Assembly (NCBI RefSeq): GCF_964355755.1
Contig: NC_092671.1
Coordinates: 22,580,070 to 22,644,069 of the forward strand
From: Antedon mediterranea
Taxonomy: Eukaryota; Animalia; Echinodermata
Length of the DNA: 64,000 nucleotides
Direction of reading: 5' to 3'
A program made the position numbers and the translations under genes. The notes under the pieces were generated by a model. That model saw only the letters and a list, made by a program, of their open reading frames with translations, made no database searches and was not told the DNA's origin. Within the stretch, counting starts at the first letter, position 1; the number at the start of each line of letters is the position of its first letter. Positions 12,850 to 26,047 of this stretch are shown here, piece by piece.

Positions 12850-15669
12850 ATTATTAGTAAAGCATACCGGGTTCCCTATGCCTTAAGGTCTGACGATGAT
12901 AATTGAGTTAGATAGATTGGTGAACAATGGGATTCTGACACCAGTGACGAATAGTCAGTGGGCCAGTGGGATAGTAATAACCGTTCAGAAAAAGGATGGG
13001 TCTGTTAGATTATGTGGAAATTATAAGCCCACAATTAATCCGATGCTACAATCTGTTGCCACACCAAATATTAACGTTGAAGACATTCTGTCTAACCTTG
13101 CGGGTGGTGAAACCTTTACCAAATTAGATCTGGCACAAGCCTACAATCAGATGGAGTTGTTAGATGAGTCTAAAAAAGGTACTCACAATTATTACTGAAA
13201 AGGGCTTGTTTCAGCAAAATCGATTGGTTTTTGGCATAACGTCCGCGCCAGCAATTTGGCAAAACGCAATGAATGTTATCTTGAAGGATCTCCCAGGTGT
13301 ACAAGTGTACCTTGACGACATTTTAGTCACAGGGAAAGAGGATCAAGATCACCTTGGTAATTTAGAGAGGGTCCTTGTCCGTTTGCAGGATTAGGACTTG
13401 AGACTAAAACGGGAAAAGTGCGAATTTATGAAGCAATCTGTTGAATATCTGGGACATTGCGTAGATAAACATGTGTTCATAAATCCATAGACAAAATTGA
13501 TGATATTTTGAAAATGCCGTTGCCTTCCGACATTACTACTTTAAGATCGTATCTGGGAATGGTGAATTATTACCGTTCATTTGTACCTCAATTAGCCACA
13601 ATATTATCACCGTTAACTAATATGTTCGAAAAGGGTAAAGAATTTAAGTGGACAGAATTGGCTAGAAATGCATGGGTAAAATCAAAGGAATGCTAAGACA
13701 TTCTGGGTTTTTGGTTCACTATGATCCCAATTTGCCTTTAACAGTAGCTACAGATGCTTCAGGTAAGGTGGTAGGCGCTGTTCTATCACACATGGTAAAT
13801 GGGAAAGAAAGATTTATTAAATTTGCATCTCGTTCATTAAATAAGACCGAAAGAAATTATCCGCAACTAGAAAGAGAAGCCTTGGCTATCGTGTATGCTT
13901 GCAAAAGGTCTATCTATGGCCGAAAGTTTACTTTAATAACCGACAATAAGCCCCTAACTACTATATTTGGTCCGAAGAAAGGGTTACCAGCTTTGGCTGC
14001 AGAGCGAATCCAGCTCTTTATTTGTCTGGTTTTGATTTTGGTATTAAATTTAAGAACAGTCAAGTGAATGCGAACGCGGATTGTTTATCCCGATTACCAG
14101 TTGAGGGTTCCCCACATCATAGCGAAATTTCGGTTGCGCATATTGGTTCTAGTAAGATTGTTCCGGTAACTAGCGCCGAAATAAGAAATAATACCCGTAA
14201 AGATGTAATATTATCTAGAGCAGGAAGTTGGCCCCAAAGCGACGAGAGTTTGAAACCTTACTTTAACAGACGAAACGAACTGACTATTGAAGGGGGTTGT
14301 CTGTTATGGGGTGTCCGGGTAATAATTCCACCAAAATTGCGACGAGGAATTGCATTTGGGGTGGTTAAAATGAAAGTGTTAGCGCGGTCTCATTTCTGGT
14401 GGCCATTGTTAGATGCGCAAATTGAGAAAACTGCGAAAAAGTGTGTCTCATGTCAGCGTATACAAAATAATCCTACCATCGCACCTATGCATCCTTGGTA
14501 CCTCCTTCTAACCCTGGGGAACGTGTACATGTAGATTTCGCGGGTCCTTTTGAGGGTCTTACCATATCTGATTGTGGTGGATGCTTTTTCAAAGTGGCCC
14601 GAAGTTTTTATTATGCAATCTACAACTTCACATAAAACTATTGAGGACTTCGTTTAGCCGGAATGGTTGGCCCCAAGTTCTAGTGTCTGATAATGGATCA
14701 CAGTTTACGTCTGGGGAATTTAAAGGTTTTATGGCTATGAATGGTATATAGTCACAAATTATCTGCACCTTATCCTAGTACGAATGGACAAGTAGAGCGT
14801 TTTGTTCAATCGTTAAAACAAGGATTGACTAAAGAGACGCCAGCAAAGTTGTTTATGAACCGTTCTATAAGAACTAGATTAGATATCCTTCGACCCAATA
14901 TTGATGATTCTGTGAGAAATAGTTTACACAAAGCGGCTTTGTGTAAACTATTTCTCACAGAATCATCAATATTGGGGCCATGCATAAACGAGATCGAAAG
15001 TTGCGTTTATAGGAAACAAACGATTTGGTTTATGTGCGAAATTATATAGGACAAACTAAGTGGGTCCCTGGTGTTGTAAACCAGGAGGGTCCTCTAAACT
15101 ATAAAATTGATGTTGGAAATAAAATGGTTTGGAAAAGACATGTTGATCAAATTAAAGATAGAGGTGTAAATGTAGATTTTGAAAATAAAGAAGGGGAGGA
15201 TATGGATACGGAATATGTAGATAAGAGAGAAGAAGAAATTTGAAATTTGTATAAATGATAATGTCAAAAGTAATGTTGCTAGTGAACCAAGTGTGTTAAG
15301 AAGGTCAACCAGAGTACGCAAAGCGCCAGATTGGTTACAATATTGAATGATAATGTTTTATAGTATTGTTTGTATAGCAGCATGATTGACTTTACTTTGT
15401 TGTCAATTTAAAACATAACTCTATAGACAGTCATCTTTGCAGTATTTACTGTAGTATTATGATCGGTTGTACATATTTAATAACTAACTTTCATTGGTCT
15501 ATTTGACTATCCCGTGTATAAGCTATTATTTTGGTGTATTGTTAGTTTTAATAAAATGTATTGAAAATCTTGTAAAAAAAAAAGTATATAAAATGTGAAA
15601 ATAGGTTTCCAAATTAAAAGGGGAGAAATGTTGTGTATTACATGGGTAATTGGTCTACGCGCATTGATA

Positions 15670-16166
15670 ATTTTTCGCAATCTTACGAATACGATAACGA
15701 AAACAGATACGTCACGCACACGTATTCGTTTTTGGTAAGCCAGTAAAAATCTGTTTCGCATGGCAGCGAAATATTGAGGGCGCCGTCCAAAATATGACTG
15801 CGGTAAATTAGAGCGAAGCGCATGTACGTGTTGCTTGGTGCTTGGCTGCCTAGGCCTAGCGTAACATCAAAGCGAGTGAGGACTGCTATTTATCAAAAAT
15901 GACTTGGCATTTTAGTAAATTACTTTAGTAAATTAATTTCAGTAAAAGTATAATTATATTATAATCATGAATCATTCCTGATTCAAATGCAAAATGTGCA
16001 AAATAGATCAAAAACTATACTCGTTTTGTAGTTACGAATGTGACTGGTGATATTCGTCAACACGAAAACGCTTTACGAATATGAAATGGGGATCAGCTCA
16101 AAAGTTTCACAAATGTTTGACGTATCCGTTTTCGTTATCGTATTCGTAAGGTTGCGAAAACTCCCT
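15670..16166. mobile_element. MITE with ~43-bp TIRs (Harbinger-like end) inserted into the LTR remnant
   Basis: TTTTCGCAATCTTACGAATACGATAACGAAAACAGATACGTCA (15672-15714) is inverted at 16118-16160; left tip decayed. Confidence 0.8.
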
Positions 16167-16179
16167 ATTGTATGTAGAA

Positions 16180-17100
16180 TTAGTCTAGTAGGAAGGAGGG
16201 TTTACTGTGCACCCCCATGATGTATTTTTTTAATGTACATTTTTGTAATCCTGAATATATGTAATTAACATTTTTTGATGTTCCCAAGACGAAATATTGT
16301 CCCATGGGGTTTTTTGGGGGACATTTTGGTGGCCATCTTGGATTTATCAAAATCCTAAATATAGACGGTACTTGAGAAAGAGTGATCATAGAGGTCTAAT
16401 TTTGGTCTTAAATTGTTCATAATAAGCACATTTCTATGTACTATAATGAAAAGTTTTCGTTCAAAATGGCCGTAAATGCCACTTTTGACCTTTGACCTTG
16501 TTTTTACATAAGGGTCATATCTTGGTAACCCCTGGTCATAAAGATTTTATTTTTGTCATAAATTGTTAAGAATATCCATATTGATATTAGCTTATATTAT
16601 TGCACGACAATTTTCACAATAATTTAGACTCTTTTTGTATTCGACCTATATCTTGACAACCAGTGGTCACAGAGGTTTAATTTTGGTCTTATATTGTTCA
16701 GAATATGCACTTTCCTATGTACTATAATAAAACATTTTCATACAAAATGACCGGAAATACAACTTTTGACCTTTGACCTTGTTTTTACATAAGGGTCATA
16801 TCTCGGTAACCAATGGTCATAACGATTTTATTTTTGTTTTAAATAGTTTGTAGTATCCATATTTATATTAGCTTTAATGAAACATATTTTTGAAATTTGG
16901 TGGGAAATATCACTTTTGACCTTTGACATTATTTCCACCTGAGGGTCATATCTCGGTAACCCCTGGTCATAAAGACTTTATTTTTGTCATAAATTGCATG
17001 CATGTTTCTATCCACTCTAAGGAATATTTACTTCAAGAAATGGTCATAAATCTTAGTATTGTCACATTTAATCCTTGACCTAAATTTTGAAAGTTTGCGG
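16180..17100. repeat. Interspersed repeat with internal ~130-150-bp subrepeats rich in TGACCTTTGACC (Helitron/Helentron-derived satellite-like family); further copies at 25.7-26.8, 28.2-29.0, 32.65-32.79 and 34.56-34.81 kb
   Basis: 16180-16460 is the reverse complement of 34558-34805; recurrent GACCTTTGACC...GGTCATATCTCGGTAACC units. Confidence 0.75.
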
Positions 17101-17319
17101 TACGCCACGTATATTAGAACTGTTGAGTTTCTCTACGTTTCAATCAATATTCTTTGATCGTCCTCAGGAGTGAAGACCTCAATTTTCACAGAATTCTTAT
17201 ATAGTAAGAATTTTACTGTTTTCAAATAAAACTATGTATATATATATACCGTTAAGAGGAAGTGCCTTCATCTAACCCTCCAAGGTCAAATGTATAGAGG
17301 ACATATTCCTGGTCAACTT

Positions 17320-17823
17320 CATAATATACAAATTTATGTTTCTGTCAAGACTCGTCAGACTGAGATTCTGACCGCCGTAAAACGTTTAGAAGCATGCACT
17401 GCTGAGATTAGGACATGGATGGGCTTAAACTTCCTCAAGCTTAATGAAAAGACCGAGGCGATCCTATTTGGAGTGGAGTTGCGTGTTCAAATTAAGATCC
17501 TGCTGCTGGTATTTCGATGCATAAATAGTTGCGCTCCCAAATATCTCACAGAATGATCGACAATCAATAAGAGAAAGTGAGAACAATAGATCTAGTCATC
17601 AGGTGCTACAGGACATTCAGAGGCGTAAACATAGTTGGGGAGATCGGACTTTCAGTATTGCTGTACCTAGGTTCTAGAACCACCTATCTTTGAACGTTAA
17701 ACAAACATCATTATTGAGCACCTTTAAGTTACTACTCAAAACTCACATTTTCTGATATTTTTGGTAGCGCCATGAGCAATGACTGTTGGAATGGCGCTAT
17801 ATAAATCGAACGATTGATTGATT
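17320..17823 (+). mobile_element. Internally deleted 3' fragment of an L2-clade LINE
   Basis: EIRTWMGLNFLKLN.KTE, KILLLVFRCINSCAPKYL, GDRTFSIAVP, FKLLLKTHIF; tail AGCGCCATGAGC...GGCGCTATATAAAT(GATT)n. Confidence 0.85.
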
Positions 17824-17962
17824 AGTAGCATCTTCTGACCGCTATAGTATTTATTGTATTACTGTATTGAATACTCAGTAAATGGCTGTAGACAGGCAGC
17901 CCAAAGACATTTGGTTAGATGAGCTAGGTACCAATATCTGACTATTTAAGTGTGTTGGGGGT

Positions 17963-18361
17963 TGTCATATTAAATGTTGTGATTCTCTGTGTTTAGAGAA
18001 GGATGCTTTAGACCAGGTCCGCCTTATTATTAGCCAATCAAAATCGTATAATTTTTGGAGGGAAAATGTTATCCTCCTCTGAAGCCTAAAATTTGCATAT
18101 CCAGTATAAAAGTAGAATGTAATAGATATTAGAGGAGAAGAGAGAATAAGATCAGAGTAGATAAACGGAAAGATGATAAAGAATATTAAGGCTTGACTGG
18201 TAGTGGTAGAAAGATGTATTAATCGAATTACAAGGAATAAAAGTTCTAGTTGAGTTAAATATACTTTTTGTATGTGTTATCGTTCAGTGACAGCTGTGTA
18301 CGTCGCGTGGAAATATATACGCCTGAGAAACCTCGGAACCAATAAAGATAAATTCACTACA
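17963..18361 (+). repeat. 5' LTR (399 bp)
   Basis: TGTCAT...CTACA; repeated at 23681. Confidence 0.95.
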
Positions 18362-18896
18362 TGGTGGCAGAGGTGAAAATTTTTGTTTAATGATTTAAGT
18401 ATCAAGAAGAAGAAGAAGTGACAGTGCCTACTCTACGGGTCTGTTAAATCAGTAACCAAAAAGTTAAATGGTTACGAAGATCTGGATTCCTGACAGTTTT
18501 TATACCGTGCGTTGTTTGGATATTACAACGAAGAAGAAGAACTGTTGAGCTCAAGACTCCTGGATATTCATAGGAGATACTGTATATATTCACCGAGGTC
18601 TGAAAGAAGAAGACTGAAGTAACAGAAGGAAGCCCAGTAATTTGGAGAAGATTTGCAAAGCTGACTTTGTAAACTATTTTTTATTTCGAAAGTAAATTTT
18701 TGTACGGAGCGAACTTGGAACGTTGTTTGTGACTTTGAAGTAAATTAATGTCTTATATTGTATTGCATTTAAAAATTTATGTGGATTTCATATTTTTTAC
18801 ATATCTGAATGGAATCAAGGTAATACAAATACTTTTATAACATATTTTGTATAGGAACATAAGTTTACAGATTTCATTAGTAAAATTGTTATTAGC

Positions 18897-20459
18897 ATGA
18901 CAACTTTAAGATCGGGTAAAAATATAGATAAGACTATGTCAGACAAAGATACTAGGGAAGATATGGTTGACCAAGAAGAGGTTGACCAAGTCAATGAAAT
19001 ATATGATAAAATGGCTAGGGATATTGATTTGCCCGAAATACCTGGCGGTATGCCTAAAGATATGATGCTCGAATATTTTCGAATGAAGTTCGAGGCCGAA
19101 AACAAAAAGTTAGAATACCAATTAAGAATAGAAGCAGATATAGAGCAAAGAAAAATTGAATCACAAGAAAGAGTGAAAATGATGGAATTAGAAAATAGGT
19201 CTAGCTACAGTAATGCTAGGAATATAGTAGATGAAATGAAGGTAAAGGTTCCTACTTTGAAGGAATCAGATGATATTGATATATATTTTAGAACATTTGA
19301 ACACTTGGCAGAAGCCACAGGTTGGGATAAGAATACGTGGTCTGCTAGGTTAGCACCTGAACTGTTTGGTAAAGCTAGGACAGCATATGCATCCTTAACC
19401 GTAAAAGAATGTGTAGATTATGATACCTTAAAGAAGGCAATCTTAGAAAAGTATGATGTGTCCGCAGAGACCTACAGATTTAAATTTAGAAATTCAAACA
19501 GAGTTAAAGATATGTCCATCAGGGAATGGCTGAATGAGCTCTCCCATTATTTAAAATGTTGGATGAAATGTGCTAATGTAAAAGAAGATGATGCTGCAGG
19601 CATTATTGAAATGATTATAATGGAACAGGCACTTGATAAAATGCCTGAAGATCTGAGGCTTTATCTTAGAGATAAACAAGTAAATAAGAGCTATGATATG
19701 GCTATGATAGCCGATGATTATATAGCTAATAGAGGTGGCCGTGGCTATTGGAATGCCGTCAATTCTGAAAATAAGCCTAAGTATTATAAGGGCCAAGAAA
19801 ATAGTAAACCTAAGAATAGTACGACTCAGAATAACCCTGGAGCTAGGCAGCAAGGATACAATAGGTATCACGGAAGGGGAGGCAAATTCCATAACTATGG
19901 TAGAAATTTCCAACAGAGAGAACCTTCAAATGAATGGATTAATGGCCTATGCTTCAATTGTAAGGAGAAGGGACATAAAATAATAAATAATAATAATAAA
20001 TAACATTTATAAAGCGCAAGAGACAAAGGTTTCAAAGCGCTGTGTTTTCCAAGATCAGGGGATTGTCCTAAGATGGTAGCAAAAGGAAAGACTAGTGACA
20101 CTAAGAAGGGCCCGAATGTGAAAGATGGCTTAAGATGTGAAGGACTAAAATCAGATAGACCCCAAGTAGTTATGGATAGTGTAGAAAATAAAATGGAGAA
20201 GTGTACAATAACAGGAAAATTAGAAGGACAGGATATAACTATGCTTAGAGACTCGGGATGTACCCAGTCAGCTGTTAAGGAAAGTCTAGTGCCTAACAAA
20301 TGTTACTTGCCAGGAAAATGGGTTACGTTAAGAGGTATAGGAGGCGATATTACCGTCCCCTTAGCTGAGGTAGCTATAGAAAGTAAGATAGTGACAGGAA
20401 AAGTGATTGTAGCCGTAATCGAAGGATTACAGAGGGACATGTTTAATATTGGGTCATGA
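18897..20459 (+). pseudogene. Gag (SCAN-like capsid region + CCHC knuckle) and protease, interrupted by a 75-bp insertion
   Basis: YFRTFE...W...L...L.GKA...Y..LK.AIL gag signature; RDSG protease; knuckle restored by removing 19977-20051. Confidence 0.9.
19977..20051 (-). mobile_element. 75-bp L2/SINE 3'-tail insertion
   Basis: Reverse complement reads AGCGCTTTGAAAC...GCGCTTTATAAATG(TTA)n; removal gives CFNCKEKGHRSGDC in frame. Confidence 0.85.
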
Positions 20460-20683
20460 TTTGGACCAGAATTGTGGGGAAACAATGGCTAAAGAAATGT
20501 TCGTCCTAACTAGGGAGCAAGCCAGAATAGAAAATGATGTTAGAATACAAGACAAAATGATATTGTTAGGGAAAGATAGTAACTTTAAGCCGATAGAAGA
20601 GCCACCTAAAGAAACTAATGTACAATTGTTGAAAACAGTAGTAAATGACAACAAAGTAAAATAAAACTAAGTGTTTAGATGAT

Positions 20684-23579
20684 ATGAATGGAACAGAAAT
20701 GAATAATTTGTTTGACGAAAATGAGGATAAAGATAAAGATAAAACAGTCAAACATAAAACTTATGAACAACAGCACAAGCTGAACCTAACTAAACAAGAA
20801 CTGATCAAATTGCAAACTAAGGATGACTCACTCAAAGGAGTGTTTGACAGGGTAGTCCCTATAGAAGAAATAGGTCAGCATAGGGTGTGTTTCTTTATGA
20901 GACAAGGTATATTGATGAGAAATTGGAGTAGTATTAAAGATAAGAATAACCAAGTGGAACAGATTGTATTACCCACTCAGTGTAGACAGGGTGTATTACA
21001 CTTAGGTCATAATGTGCCATTTGCAGGTCACATGGGTGTTGAGAAAACTAAAAGTAGAGTCCTGAACCAATTCTATTGGCCAGGTATATTTAAAGATGTG
21101 GTAGTCTATTGTAAAGTCTGTAAGGAATGCCAAAAGGTAGATAAGGGTAAAAGTAAAAGGAAACATACTTTGATACCATTACCGATTATAAGTACACCAT
21201 ATAAACGTATAGCGATAGACATTGTTGGACCCTTATCTAGAACAAGCCGTAATAACAAATATATGCTTACTATAATTGACTATGCTACGAGATATCCGGA
21301 TGCTTTTCCGTTACCCAATGTTAGAGCTGAAACAGTAGCCAGGGCTCTAATAGAAGTCTTTACTAGAGTAGGATTACCCGAAGAGATTGTACATGATCAA
21401 GGAACTAATTTCATGTCTTCAATTATGCAATCTATATGTAGTATGTTGGGGATTAATCAATTAAAGACTACAGTGTACCACCCCCAAAGCAATGGGCTTG
21501 TTGAAAGATTTCACGGTACATTGAAAAATATGATAAGGACACTTACAGTTAAGCAAAGAAAAAATTGGGATAACTACATACCCCCCTTTCTGTTTGCATA
21601 CAGAGAAGTTCCTAGTAAAGCGACGGGCCATTCACCTTTTAAATTGCTTTATGGTAGAGAGGTGAGGGGACCCTTGAGTTTACTCAATAGTAATTGGGTA
21701 AAAGATGAAGAAACATCTACTGATGTTATCAAATACATGTTAGACATAAGAGAAAAAATGGAGGTATTAATGAAAGATGCTAATGTAAACAAACTTGAAC
21801 AACAAGAAATTATGTCCCACAATTATAACAAGAATGCTATTGATAGAGAATTTGTAGAAGGGGACAAAGTGTTGATATTCCTTCCAGTAGGAAATAGTAA
21901 GTTAGACAGTAAATGGCAAGGCCCCTTCACTGTTACAAAAAAGGTCAATGATGTAAATTATGAAATATACATAGGAGGTAGAAGAAAAGAAAAACAAATT
22001 CTACATGTTAATATGTTAAAGAGATGGTATGATAAAGTAGAAATAAGTAAAGATGGTTATTATGTAGTAACAAATGTTCAGTCGATAGAAGAAGTAGACT
22101 TAAATGAAACAGTCCATGACAATGAGTTAGATAGTGAAATAGACATAGGATTGTCTTATCATCAATCACAAACATGGAGAGATGTTAACGTTAGTAGTAA
22201 TTTAAATGATACACAAACTAAACAATTAACAGAATTGTTAAAGTACCAACAGAATGTATTCTCGGATGTACCAGGTAGAACTCACTTAGTGACACATGAA
22301 ATTAAGACTAATGGTGAAATGCCTATAAGGCATAGGGCATATAGAACGCCCCAAGCATTAAAGGGTAAATTGAAAGAGGAATTAGATAGTATGTTGGCTA
22401 TGGGTATAATAGAACCTACTGTTAGTGCCTATGCTGCACCTATTATTGCCCTGAAGAAAGGCCAGAATCAAATTAGAATGGTGACAGATTTTAGATCACT
22501 AAATAAGACTACACAATTTGACCCTTATGTTATGCCTCGCATAGACGAAATGTTGGATGAGGTATCATCCGCAATATACATAACTACGTTAGATCTAACT
22601 AAAGGATTTTACCAGGTGCCTCTGGATCCTAAGACCAAAGACAAATCAGCATTTATTACACAATTTGGACAGTATTGTTACAATGTACTTCCATTTGGTA
22701 TGCAAAATAGCTCTAGTACTTTCCAAAGATTAATGGATAAGGTATTACAAGGTACTGAGGGATATTGCTAAGGCATATATAGATGACATATGTATTTATA
22801 GTCAAACTTGGAAAGATCATATTTTTCATTTGAATGATGTATTAGAAAGATTAAGTAGTGCTGGATTGACAGCAAAGCCTTTGAAATGTAAAATTGCCTA
22901 TGCATAGGTAGAATTTCTGGGGCATAAGATTGGTAATGGAGAAATTAGACCCATGATTGATAAGGTTGAGGCTGTGGAAAAGTTCCCCAGACCTTTGTCT
23001 AAGAAACAAGTCCGATCATTTCTCGGATTAACTGGCTATTACAGAAAATTTGTACAGAACTATGCCGATATTGCTAAGCCATTGATTGATTTAACTTTAA
23101 AGAGTAAAAGTAATACCGTTAAGTGGAATGAACAATGTGAAAATGCCTTTGTAACTTTAAAGAAACGACTTACTGATGATAATGTATTAAAAGCCCCAAA
23201 TTTTGATAAGATGTTTATATTGCAAACCGATGCCTCAAATTATGGCATAGGTGCAGTGCTGAGCCAAATAGATGGTGAGGGTAATGATTATCCCATTGTG
23301 TACTTAAGTAGAAAGTTATCTGTACATGAGCAGAGATATTCTGTGCCAGAAAAAGAGTGCCTCTCTATTGTTTGGGCTATCAATAAACTTAAGTATTATC
23401 TGTATGGTTGTGAATTTCAAGTTCATACTGACCACCAGGCATTGAGATGGATGGACTCAATGAAGGGTGCCAATGTTAGACTTATGAGATGGGCTCTGTT
23501 TTTACAAGGATATAAATTTAAAGTTATTTACAAGAAAGGATCATTAAATGGAAATGCAGATGGATTAAGCCGTGCATAA
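20684..23579 (+). pseudogene. pol: integrase, then RT, then RNase H; 1-bp frameshift just before YIDD (~22766)
   Basis: H..P.AGH, IAIDIVGP, HDQGTNF, NGLVERF, WQGPF; LDLTKGFYQV, LPFGM; AYIDD in the next frame; TDAS, EKECL, NADGLSR. Confidence 0.93.
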
Positions 23580-23680
23580 TAATATTATAGAGGTGTTATT
23601 AGTAGATAGTTTAAAGTAAAATGGTTTTAAATGTTAAATTTTTGGAAAGATTGACACAATCTTTTTCCCAAAAAGGGGAA

Positions 23681-24177
23681 TGTCATATTAAATGTTGTGA
23701 TTCTCTGTGTTTAGAGAAGGATGCTTTAGACCAGGTCCGCCTTATTATTAGCCAATCAAAATCGTATAATTTTTGGAGGGAAAATGTTATCCTCCTCTGA
23801 AGCCTAAAATTTGCATATCCAGTATAAAAGTAGAATGTAATAGATATTAGGGGAGAAGAGAGAATAAGATCAGAGTAGATAAAAGAGAAGAGAGAATAAG
23901 ATCAGAGTAGATAAAAGAGAAGAGAGAATAAGATCAGAGTAGATAAAAGAGAAGAGAGAATAAGATCAGAGTAGATAAACGGAAAGATGATAAAGAAAAT
24001 ATTAAGGCATGACTGGTAGTGGTAGAAAGATGTATTAATCGAATTACAAGGAATAAAAGTTCTAGTTGAGTTAAATATACTTTTTGTATGTGTTATCGTT
24101 CAGTGACAGCTGTGTACGTCGCGTGGAAATATATACGCCTGAGAAAGCTCGGAACCAATAAAGATAAATTCACTACA
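23681..24177 (+). repeat. 3' LTR (497 bp) containing 4 tandem copies of a 32-bp unit
   Basis: GAGAAGAGAGAATAAGATCAGAGTAGATAAAA x4 at ~23853-23979 versus x1 in the 5' LTR. Confidence 0.95.
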
Positions 24178-24524
24178 GGGGTCACTTGCAGTCAATGTAA
24201 ATGGAAGTCTGTCGGGTACCCCCTGCTGCGTCTAGACCGGGGGACCCGAAAGGTGCTAACAAATCGGCACCAACTAGATGAGAGATATACCACCTAATTT
24301 CACCACCATGGGATGCCCATTGACATCTTTATACCAATATCACCAACGACAAATATTTTGTCCTCTGCAATAGGTCCGCAAGACCCCCCCCCCCCCCCGA
24401 GGGAAGGCCTACAAATGGAGATAGCATAGCTGAGTGAGGTACCACTCAAAATTAATGCCAAATGAACAAGTTTTGATCATACAATACTAAATGGGTAACG
24501 ACAGACTAATTGTCTGGTGCACCG

Positions 24525-24867
24525 CAAGTGCCAGACACCCTAAAGTTCGACTAGAGACCCCCTTCCCACAACTGGCCTAGATTAGATAGTAGATACCACC
24601 AGCAAACCAATGTTATATGATTTAGCACATTGTAAGAAATACCAAATGACCTAATACAGACTATCTGTACACTACCTTGGCCCTGGTAGACCCCTCTGAA
24701 GTTTGACTATAGGCCCCTTCCCCCAACTAGCCTAGCTTAGAATAGATATTGTAGATACCACCCAGCAACCAATGTTATATGATTTTTGTAAGAAATACCA
24801 AATGACCTATTACAGACAATCTGTACACTGCCTTGGCTCTGGCAGATCCCTTTAAATTTTGACTAGG
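24525..24867. repeat. Imperfect tandem duplication (~155-bp unit, ~2.2 copies)
   Basis: CCCCTTCCC...TAGATACCACC...CCAATGTTATATGATTT...AAATACCAAATGACCTA...CTGTACACT occurs twice. Confidence 0.75.
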
Positions 24868-25225
24868 TAAAAATTTGTGTCCGATATTGGTCTTTACATT
24901 CTTACTGTACGGAGGATTGAACCAAATGATATGTTTCTGTTTCGGGTTTTATTTTTGTTTGCTTGTTCAGGTGTAGCTCATGTTCATATCCATTATTTCT
25001 AAGTGCTTCTTGGTATTGAGGTATTGCTGCATTATACGAATTTTCATCGGATGAGATGTTTGAGTCGTTTATTTATTGCTAGTGGTATATTGCATAATAT
25101 TGATGGCCATTGATGGCCGATGATTACTTTCACGGTGTACATATAATGGTGTATTGTTTGGTTTGGTGTATGGGTGGAAGGTACCTGTCCTCAGATCAAG
25201 TTTTATGTCAAGAATACCATCCACA
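24868..25225 (-). mobile_element. Penelope-like element fragment (RT C-terminus and linker), not in the ORF track
   Basis: Manual minus-strand translation: LDIKLDLRTGTFHPYTKPNNTPLYVHRESNH...NIPLAINKRL...YQEALRNNGY...IIWFNPPYSKNVKTNIGHKF. Confidence 0.88.
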
Positions 25226-26047
25226 TGTAAAATACAATCATCCCTTTTTCTTTCAATAAATTTTCTATTATTTAATGAAGAATTAGAATTTGATCAGAAT
25301 GTATTTTTGTAGCCGTCTATCAGTACTGTTTCCAAAATAAATTAAGATTATGAAGATGTTGACATCAATTTTGTTATTGTCTCTTTCAATTGGACAATAA
25401 ACACATTCTATTGGATAAAAGTTGTTTGCAGACATAAAAGTAGCCACCTTTAATTATGAATAATTATGTAATGAAACATGTTATCAAACACTTTTTTTAT
25501 TATTTATCAGATACTTTACATTTTACCATTTTGTTTGACTTTTTTTCTAATTTGAGAATTGTTAAGAATTCTCGCATTATATGTAAATGATATTTAAATA
25601 GGGGTCAAAGGTAAAAAATGACATTTATTGTCAGTTTTTTAGGATAAAATTAGCATTAGAGTGGATAGCATGTACATTCAAAAGATTTTTATAAAGTCTG
25701 TAATTTTCCCTTTTTCAGCATGTTTTAAACAAACAACAACATCTTTTAAATTAATTTTTACTTTAAAATAAATATTCATTAGAGTGGATAGAAATATGTA
25801 TGTTTTGAACAATCTAAGACAAAAAAAAATTGTTACTGAGATATGACCCTCAGGTGAAAATAAGGTCAAAAGTTGTATTTCATTAAATCTTATATAAATA
25901 TGGATATTCTGAACAATTTATGACAAAAATAAAGTCTTTATGACCAGGGGTTACCGAGATATGACACTCGGGTGGAAACGAGGTCAAAGGTCAAAGTTGT
26001 ATTTCCTGCCAACTTTCAAAAATATGTTTCATTATACTCTAGTAGCT

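Larger units (their letters stand above)
8170..15666 (+). pseudogene. Decayed second Mag-like Ty3/gypsy pol (RT-RH-INT) interrupted by two insertions; PPT ~15616-15628 and start of the 3' LTR at 15629
   Basis: LKQLLDKHEGVFKEELGLLKDIKADVLL (8180-8266) + KGDGRP (11148-11165) + IISKAYRVPYALR (12850+); YLDD, TDAS, GCLLWG and RRSTRVRKAPDWL motifs in frameshifted ORFs 12896-15346. Confidence 0.9.
17963..24177 (+). mobile_element. Gmr1-like Ty3/gypsy LTR retrotransposon (PR-INT-RT-RH order), inactivated
   Basis: LTRs 17963-18361 and 23681-24177, TSD GGGGT, PBS TGGTGGCAGAGGTG (tRNA-Leu-like) at 18362, PPT AAAAGGGGAA at 23671; integrase precedes RT. Confidence 0.96.
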
